DNA from: Auanema rhodensis | Taxonomy: Eukaryota > Animalia > Nematoda | Assembly (NCBI GenBank): GCA_964057225.1 | Contig: OZ059897.1 | Location: forward strand, 1,736,001 to 1,800,000 | DNA: 64,000 nucleotides | Direction of reading: 5' to 3' | In this document: piece by piece, positions 55,001 through 64,000 of the stretch | Layout of the letters: each line of letters opens with the position of its first letter | Position numbering within the stretch: position 1 is the first letter of the stretch | Made by a program: the position numbers and the translations under genes | Notes under the pieces: generated by a model | Databases searched by the model: none | Seen by the model: the letters and a program-made list of their open reading frames with translations, nothing else | Told to the model about the DNA's origin: nothing

Positions 55001-58000
55001 AATTCTTCAGGGTGAAAATCGAGGATATAAGTGTGAACCTATATCAGTTGATTACTCGGTGCATTTTTAAGTTAGCGCAAATCTGATAACACAGATCAAC
55101 GCAGCTTAAAAATCCGCTTCGAATGCACTATACTACATTGAGAAACGCTCTATACAAAATTTAGTTATGATCGTTTGAAAAATAATGCATTAGTGTATGT
55201 TGAGTTCCCATGTACACTCAACATTGCTTCCAAAAACATTTTGACAAAAATTTTCCCGAACAATTTCTAAATAATTTCACAAAAAGTAAATGTTTTTAGA
55301 TTCCTTTTTTCAAGACGAATACGATGGACAATGTTATTCAACGAAAAAATTAATTCTTCAGGGTGAAAATCGAGGATATAAGTGTGAACCTATATCAGTT
55401 GATTACTCGGTGCATTTTTAAGTTAGCGCAAATCTGATAACACAGATCAACGCAGCTTAAAAATCCGCGTCGAATGCACTATACTACATTGAGAAACGCT
55501 CTATACAAAAATTAGTTATGATCGTTTGAAAAATAATGCATTAGTGTATGTTGAGTTCCCATGTACACTCAACATTGCTTCCAAAAACATTTTGACAAAA
55601 ATTTTCCCGAACAATTTCTAAATAATTTCACAAAAAGTAGATGTTTTTAGATTCCTTTTTTCAAGACGAAGACGATGGACAATGTTATTCAACGAAAAAA
55701 TCATTTCTTCAGGGTGAAAATCGAGGATATAAGTGTGAACATATATCAGTTGATATCTCGGTGCATTTTTAAGCTAACTCAAATCTGATAACACAGATCA
55801 ACGCAGCTTAAAAATCCGCATCGAATGCACTATACTACATTGAGAAACGCTCTATACAAAAATTAGTTATGATCGTTTGAAAAATAAAGCATTAGTGTAT
55901 GTTGAGTTCCCATGTACACTCAACATTGCTTCCAAAAACATTTTGACAAAAATTTTCCCGAACAATTTCTAAATAATTTCACAAAAAGTAGATGTTTTTA
56001 GATTCCTTTTTTCAAGACGAAGACGATGGACAATGTTATTCAACGAAAAAATCATTTCTTCAGGGTGAAAATCGAGGATATAAGTGTGAACATATATCAG
56101 TTGATATCTCGGTGCATTTTTAAGCTAACTCAAATCTGATAACACAGATCGACGCAGCTCAAAAATCCGCATCGAATGCACTATACTACATTGAGAAACG
56201 CTCTATACAAAAATTAGTTATGATCGTTTGAAAAATAATGCATTAGTGTATGTTGAGTTCCCATGTACACTCAACATTGCTTCCAAAAACATTGTGACAA
56301 AAATTTTCCCGAAAAATTTCTAAATAATTTCACAAAAAGTAGGAGTTTTTAGATTTCTTTTTTCAAGGCAAAGACAATGGACAATGTTATTCAACGAAAA
56401 AATTAATTCTTCAAGGTGAAAATCGAGGATATAAGTGTGAACTCATATAAGTTGATATCTCGGAGCATTTTTAAGCTAGCGCAAATCTGATAACACAGAT
56501 CAACGCAGCTTAAAAATCCGCGTCGAATGCACTATACTACATTGAGAAACGCTCTATACAAAATTTAGTTATGATCGTTTGAAAAATAATGCATTAGTGT
56601 ATGTTGAGTTCCCATGTACACTCAACATTGCTTCCAAAAACATTGTGACAAAAATTTTCCCGAAAAATTTCTAAATAATTTCACAAAAAGTAAATGTTTT
56701 TAGATTCCTTTTTCTAAGACGAATACGATAGACAATGTTATTCAACGAAAAAATTAATTCTTCAAGGTGAAAATCGAGGATATAAGTGTGAACTCATATA
56801 AGTTGATATCTCGGAGCATTTTTAAGCTAGCGCAAATCTGATAACACAGATCGACGCAGCTTAAAAATCCGCATCGACTGCACTATACTACATTGAGAAA
56901 AGTTTATTACAAAAATTAGTTATGATCGTTTGAAAAAAAATGCATTAGTGTGTGTTGAGTTCCCATGTACACTTAACATTGCTTCCAAAAACATTGTGAC
57001 AAAAATTTTCCCGAAAAATTTCTAAATAATTTCACAAAAAGTAGATGTTTTTAGATTTCTTTTTTCAAGGCAAAGACGATGGACAATGTTATTCAACGAA
57101 AAAATTAATTCTTCAGGGTGAAAATCGAGGATATAAGTGTGAACCTATATCAGTTGATTACTCGGTGCATTTTTAAGTTAGCGCAAATCTGATAACACAG
57201 ATCAACGCAGCTTAAAAATCCGCGTCGAATGCACTATACTACATTGAGAAACGCTCTATACAAAATTTAGTTATGATCGTTTGAAAAATAATGCATTAGT
57301 GTATGTTGAGTTCCCATGTACACTCAACATTGCTTCCAAAAACATTTTGACAAAAATTTTCCCGAACAATTTCTAAATAATTTCACAAAAAGTAGATGTT
57401 TTTAGATTCCTTTTTTCAAGACGAAGACGATGGACAATGTTATTCAACGAAAAAATCATTTCTTCAGGGTGAAAATCGAGGATATAAGTGTGAACATATA
57501 TCAGTTGATATCTCGGTGCATTTTTAAGCTAACTCAAATCTGATAACACAGATCGACGCAGCTCAAAAATCCGCATCGAATGCACTATACTACATTGAGA
57601 AACGCTCTATACAAAAATTAGTTATGATCGTTTGAAAAATAATGCATTAGTGTATGTTGAGTTCCCATGTACACTCAACATTGCTTCCAAAAACATTGTG
57701 ACAAAAATTTTCCCGAAAAATTTCTAAATAATTTCACAAAAAGTAGGAGTTTTTAGATTTCTTTTTTCAAGGCAAAGACAATGGACAATGTTATTCAACG
57801 AAAAAATTAATTCTTCAAGGTGAAAATCGAGGATATAAGTGTGAACTCATATAAGTTGATATCTCGGAGCATTTTTAAGCTAGCGCAAATCTGATAACAC
57901 AGATCAACGCAGCTTAAAAATCCGCGTCGAATGCACTATACTACATTGAGAAACGCTCTATACAAAATTTAGTTATGATCGTTTGAAAAATAATGCATTA

Positions 58001-61000
58001 GTGTATGTTGAGTTCCCATGTACACTCAACATTGCTTCCAAAAACATTGTGACAAAAATTTTCCCGAAAAATTTCTAAATAATTTCACAAAAAGTAAATG
58101 TTTTTAGATTCCTTTTTTTAAGACGAATACGATAGACAATGTTATTCAACGAAAAAATTAATTCTTCAAGGTGAAAATCGAGGATATAAGTGTGAACTCA
58201 TATAAGTTGATATCTCGGAGCATTTTTAAGCTAGCGCAAATCTGATAACACAGATCGACGCAGCTTAAAAATCCGCATCGACTGCACTATACTACATTGA
58301 GAAAAGTTTATTACAAAAATTAGTTATGATCGTTTGAAAAAAAATGCATTAGTGTGTGTTGAGTTCCCATGTACACTTAACATTGCTTCCAAAAACATTG
58401 TGACAAAAATTTTCCCGAAAAATTTCTAAATAATTTCACAAAAAGTAGATGTTTTTAGATTTCTTTTTTCAAGGCAAAGACGATGGACAATGTTATTCAA
58501 CGAAAAAATTAATTCTTCAGGGTGAAAATCGAGGATATAAGTGTGAACCTATATCAGTTGATTACTCGGTGCATTTTTAAGTTAGCGCAAATCTGATAAC
58601 ACAGATCAACGCAGCTTAAAAATCCGCGTCGAATGCACTATACTACATTGAGAAACGCTCTATACAAAATTTAGTTATGATCGTTTGAAAAATAATGCAT
58701 TAGTGTATGTTGAGTTCCCATGTACACTCAACATTGCTTCCAAAAACATTTTGACAAAAATTTTCCCGAACAATTTCTAAATAATTTCACAAAAAGTAGA
58801 TGTTTTTAGATTCCTTTTTTCAAGACGAAGACGATGGACAATGTTATTCAACGAAAAAATCATTTCTTCAGGGTGAAAATCGAGGATATAAGTGTGAACA
58901 TATATCAGTTGATATCTCGGTGCATTTTTAAGCTAACTCAAATCTGATAACACAGATCGACGCAGCTTAAAAATCCGCATCGAATGCACTATACTACATT
59001 GAGAAACGCTCTATACAAAAATTAGTTATGATCGTTTGAAAAATAATGCATTAGTGTATGTTGAGTTCCCATGTACACTCAACATTGCTTCCAAAAACAT
59101 TGTGACAAAAATTTTCCCGAAAAATTTCTAAATAATTTCACAAAAAGTAGGAGTTTTTAGATTTCTTTTTTCAAGGCAAAGACAATGGACAATGTTATTC
59201 AACGAAAAAATTAATTCTTCAGGGTGAAAATCGAGGATATAAGTGTGAACATATATCAGTTGATATCTCGGTGCATTTTTAAGCTAACTCAAATCTGATA
59301 ACACAGATCGACGCAGCTTAAAAATCCGCATCGAATGCACTATACTACATTGAGAAACGCTCTATACAAAAATTAGTTATGATCGTTTGAAAAATAATGC
59401 ATTAGTGTATGTTGAGTTCCCATGTACACTCAACATTGCTTCCAAAAACATTGTGACAAAAATTTTCCCGAAAAATTTCTAAATAATTTCACAAAAAGTA
59501 GGAGTTTTTAGATTTCTTTTTTCAAGGCAAAGACAATGGACAATGTTATTCAACGAAAAAATTAATTCTTCAGGGTGAAAATCGAGGATATAAGTGTGAA
59601 CATATATCAGTTGATTACTCGGTGCATTTTTAAGCTAGCGCAAATCTGATAACACAGATCAACGCAGCTTAAAAATCCGCATCGAATGCACTATACTACA
59701 TTGAGAAACGCTCCATACAAAAATTAGTTATGATCGTTTGAAAAATAATGCATTAGTGTATGTTGAGTTCCCATGTACACTCAACATTGCTTCCAAAAAC
59801 ATTTTGACAAAAATTTTCCCGAAAAATTTCTGAATAATTTCACAAAAAGTAAATGTTTTTAGATTCCTTTTTTCAAGGCGAAGACGATGGACAATGTTAT
59901 TCAACGAAAAAATTAATTCTTCAAGGTGAAAATCGAGGATATAAGTGTGAACTCATATAAGTTGATATCTCGGAGCATTTTTAAGCTAGCGCAAATCTGA
60001 TAACACAGATCGACGCAGTTTAAAAATCCGCATCGACTGCACTATACTACATTGAGAAAAGTTTAATACAAAAATTAGTTATGATCGTTTGAAAAATAAT
60101 GCATTAGTGTGTGTTGAGTTCCCATGTACACTCAACATTGCTTCCAAAAACATTTTGACAAAAATTTTCCCGAACAATTTCTAAATAATTTCACAAAAAG
60201 TAGATGTTTTTAGATTCCTTTTTTCAAGACGAAGACGATGGACAATGTTATTCAACGAAAAAATCATTTCTTCAGGGTGAAAATCGAGGATATAAGTGTG
60301 AACATATATCAGTTGATATCTCGGTGCATTTTTAAGCTAACTCAAATCTGATAACACAGATCAACGCAGCTTAAAAATCCGCATCGAATGCACTATACTA
60401 CATTGAGAAACGCTCCATACAAAAATTAGTTATGATCGTTTGAAAAATAAAGCATTAGTGTATGTTGAGTTCCCATGTACACTCAACATTGCTTCCAAAA
60501 ACATTTTGACAAAAATTTTCCCGAACAATTTCTAAATAATTTCACAAAAATTAGATGTTTTTAGATTCCTTTTTTCAAGACGAAGACGATGGACAATGTT
60601 ATTCAACGAAAAAATCATTTCTTCAGGGTGAAAATCGAGGATATAAGTGTGAACATATATCAGTTGATATCTCGGTGCATTTTTAAGCTAACTCAAATCT
60701 GATAACACAGATCGACGCAGCTTAAAAATCCGCATCGACTGCACTATACTACATTGAGAAAAGTTTATTACAAAAATTAGTTATGATCGTTTGAAAAAAA
60801 ATGCATTAGTGTGTGTTGAGTTCCCATGTACACTTAACATTGCTTCCAAAAACATTGTGACAAAAATTTTCCCGAAAAATTTCTAAATAATTTCACAAAA
60901 AGTAGATGTTTTTAGATTTCTTTTTTCAAGGCAAAGACGATGGACAATGTTATTCAACGAAAAAATTAATTCTTCAGGGTGAAAATCGAGGATATAAGTG

Positions 61001-64000
61001 TGAACCTATATCAGTTGATTACTCGGTGCATTTTTAAGTTAGCGCAAATCTGATAACACAGATCAACGCAGCTTAAAAATCCGCGTCGAATGCACTATAC
61101 TACATTGAGAAAAGTTTATTACAAAATTTAGTTATGATCGTTTGAAAAATAATGCATTAGTGTATGTTGAGTTCCCATGTACACTCAACATTGCTTCCAA
61201 AAACATTTTGACAAAAATTTTCCCGAACAATTTCTAAATAATTTCACAAAAAGTAGATGTTTTTAGATTCCTTTTTTCAAGACGAAGACGATGGACAATG
61301 TTATTCAACGAAAAAATCATTTCTTCAGGGTGAAAATCGAGGATATAAGTGTGAACATATATCAGTTGATATCTCGGTGCATTTTTAAGCTAACTCAAAT
61401 CTGATAACACAGATCGACGCAGCTTAAAAATCCGCATCGAATGCACTATACTACATTGAGAAACGCTCTATACAAAAATTAGTTATGATCGTTTGAAAAA
61501 TAATGCATTAGTGTATGTTGAGTTCCCATGTACACTCAACATTGCTTCCAAAAACATTGTGACAAAAATTTTCCCGAAAAATTTCTAAATAATTTCACAA
61601 AAAGTAGGAGTTTTTAGATTTCTTTTTTCAAGGCAAAGACAATGGACAATGTTATTCAACGAAAAAATTAATTCTTCAGGGTGAAAATCGAGGATATAAG
61701 TGTGAACATATATCAGTTGATATCTCGGTGCATTTTTAAGCTAACTCAAATCTGATAACACAGATCGACGCAGCTTAAAAATCCGCATCGAATGCACTAT
61801 ACTACATTGAGAAACGCTCTATACAAAAATTAGTTATGATCGTTTGAAAAATAATGCATTAGTGTATGTTGAGTTCCCATGTACACTCAACATTGCTTCC
61901 AAAAACATTGTGACAAAAATTTTCCCGAAAAATTTCTAAATAATTTCACAAAAAGTAGGAGTTTTTAGATTTCTTTTTTCAAGGCAAAGACAATGGACAA
62001 TGTTATTCAACGAAAAAATTAATTCTTCAGGGTGAAAATCGAGGATATAAGTGTGAACATATATCAGTTGATTACTCGGTGCATTTTTAAGCTAGCGCAA
62101 ATCTGATAACACAGATCAACGCAGCTTAAAAATCCGCATCGAATGCACTATACTACATTGAGAAACGCTCCATACAAAAATTAGTTATGATCGTTTGAAA
62201 AATAATGCATTAGTGTATGTTGAGTTCCCATGTACACTCAACATTGCTTCCAAAAACATTTTGACAAAAATTTTCCCGAAAAATTTCTGAATAATTTCAC
62301 AAAAAGTAAATGTTTTTAGATTCCTTTTTTCAAGGCGAAGACGATGGACAATGTTATTCAACGAAAAAATTAATTCTTCAAGGTGAAAATCGAGGATATA
62401 AGTGTGAACTCATATAAGTTGATATCTCGGAGCATTTTTAAGCTAGCGCAAATCTGATAACACAGATCGACGCAGTTTAAAAATCCGCATCGACTGCACT
62501 ATACTACATTGAGAAAAGTTTAATACAAAAATTAGTTATGATCGTTTGAAAAATAATGCATTAGTGTGTGTTGAGTTCCCATGTACACTCAACATTGCTT
62601 CCAAAAACATTTTGACAAAAATTTTCCCGAACAATTTCTAAATAATTTCACAAAAAGTAGATGTTTTTAGATTCCTTTTTTCAAGACGAAGACGATGGAC
62701 AATGTTATTCAACGAAAAAATCATTTCTTCAGGGTGAAAATCGAGGATATAAGTGTGAACATATATCAGTTGATATCTCGGTGCATTTTTAAGCTAACTC
62801 AAATCTGATAACACAGATCAACGCAGCTTAAAAATCCGCATCGAATGCACTATACTACATTGAGAAACGCTCCATACAAAAATTAGTTATGATCGTTTGA
62901 AAAATAAAGCATTAGTGTATGTTGAGTTCCCATGTACACTCAACATTGCTTCCAAAAACATTTTGACAAAAATTTTCCCGAACAATTTCTAAATAATTTC
63001 ACAAAAATTAGATGTTTTTAGATTCCTTTTTTCAAGACGAAGACGATGGACAATGTTATTCAACGAAAAAATCATTTCTTCAGGGTGAAAATCGAGGATA
63101 TAAGTGTGAACATATATCAGTTGATATCTCGGTGCATTTTTAAGCTAACTCAAATCTAATAACACAGATCGACGCAGCTTAAAAATCCGCATCGACTGCA
63201 CTATACTACATTGAGAAAAGTTTATTACAAAAATTAGTTATGATCGTTTGAAAAAAAATGCATTAGTGTGTGTTGAGTTCCCATGTACACTTAACATTGC
63301 TTCCAAAAACATTGTGACAAAAATTTTCCCGAAAAATTTCTAAATAATTTCACAAAAAGTAGATGTTTTTAGATTTCTTTTTTCAAGGCAAAGACGATGG
63401 ACAATGTTATTCAACGAAAAAATTAATTCTTCAGGGTGAAAATCGAGGATATAAGTGTGAACCTATATCAGTTGATTACTCGGTGCATTTTTAAGTTAGC
63501 GCAAATCTGATAACACAGATCAACGCAGCTTAAAAATCCGCGTCGAATGCACTATACTACATTGAGAAACGCTCTATACAAAATTTAGTTATGATCGTTT
63601 GAAAAATAATGCATTAGTGTATGTTGAGTTCCCATGTACACTCAACATTGCTTCCAAAAACATTTTGACAAAAATTTTCCCGAACAATTTCTAAATAATT
63701 TCACAAAAAGTAGATGTTTTTAGATTCCTTTTTCCAAGACGAAGACGATGGACAATGTTATTCAACGAAAAAATCATTTCTTCAGGGTGAAAATCGAGGA
63801 TATAAGTGTGAACATATATCAGTTGATATCTCGGTGCATTTTTAAGCTAACTCAAATCTGATAACACAGATCGACGCAGCTTAAAAATCCGCATCGAATG
63901 CACTATACTACATTGAGAAACGCTCTATACAAAAATTAGTTATGATCGTTTGAAAAATAATGCATTAGTGTATGTTGAGTTCCCATGTACACTCAACATT
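49080..64000. repeat. B2 higher-order repeat built on a 4-monomer core (1404 bp), varying to 6-mers and ending in a 7-mer (2457 bp) repeated ~2.3 times
   Basis: The AGGAGTTTTT marker lies at 49321, 50725, 52831, 54235, 56341, 57745, 59149, 59500, 61606 and 61957 (gaps of 4,6,4,6,4,4,1,6,1 monomers). GAAAAAAAATGC lies at 56932, 58336, 60793 and 63250. AAAAATTAGATG lies at 60551/63008 (+2457). Confidence 0.85.

Larger units (their letters stand above)
1..64000. repeat. Satellite DNA tandem array, ~351-bp monomer, ~182-183 head-to-tail copies; runs off both window ends
   Basis: Seen directly: the unit GATATCTCGGTG...GAACTTATATCAGTT starts at 1, 352, 697 and onward, and recurs every 350-351 bp to the end with only scattered substitutions and small indels. 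Monomer 1 has G+C = 109/351 by hand count. A centromeric or pericentromeric location is inference. Confidence 0.99.
40054..64000. repeat. Subfamily B domain (almost uniformly 351-bp monomers)
   Basis: Fixed or near-fixed differences from A: ATTAGTTATGATCGTTTGAAAAATAAT, GAGTTCCC, TTTCTAAATAATTTCACAAAA or TTTCTGAAT, GCTCTATAC. Frequent variants: GCTAACTCAA, AATCATTTC, GAACAT/GAACCT/GAACTC, GATTACTC. Confidence 0.93.

Noticed and set aside
1-64000. CRISPR array, 5S rRNA/tRNA/snRNA tandem gene cluster, or telomeric repeat
   Set aside because: There are no unique spacers because the whole 351-bp unit is repeated. I recognise no 5S, tRNA cloverleaf or snRNA sequence, and no short telomeric motif.

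Overview
The whole 64-kb window is one uninterrupted head-to-tail satellite DNA array of about 182-183 copies of a 350-351 bp monomer (hand count of monomer 1: about 31% GC). All copies are in the same orientation, and I saw no genes, RNA genes, transposon insertions or inversions. It is most likely eukaryotic centromeric or pericentromeric heterochromatin; I cannot name the family or organism. The ORF-track peptides are chance read-throughs of the monomer. The informative structure is internal. (i) Two monomer subfamilies, A (1 to ~40,050) and B (~40,050 to 64,000), meet at a sharp junction, with a cluster of divergent monomers just upstream. (ii) There are nested, variable-length higher-order repeats (HORs) with 2-, 3-, 4-, 5-, 6-, 7-, 8-, 12/15- and 19-monomer periods. 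(iii) A B-like patch is embedded twice in domain A. (iv) The monomer is rich in dyad symmetries, including a nested fold-back. (v) Variants appear concentrated as CpG->TpG/CpA changes although CpG is not depleted. I found no sequence support for a novel protein-coding system.
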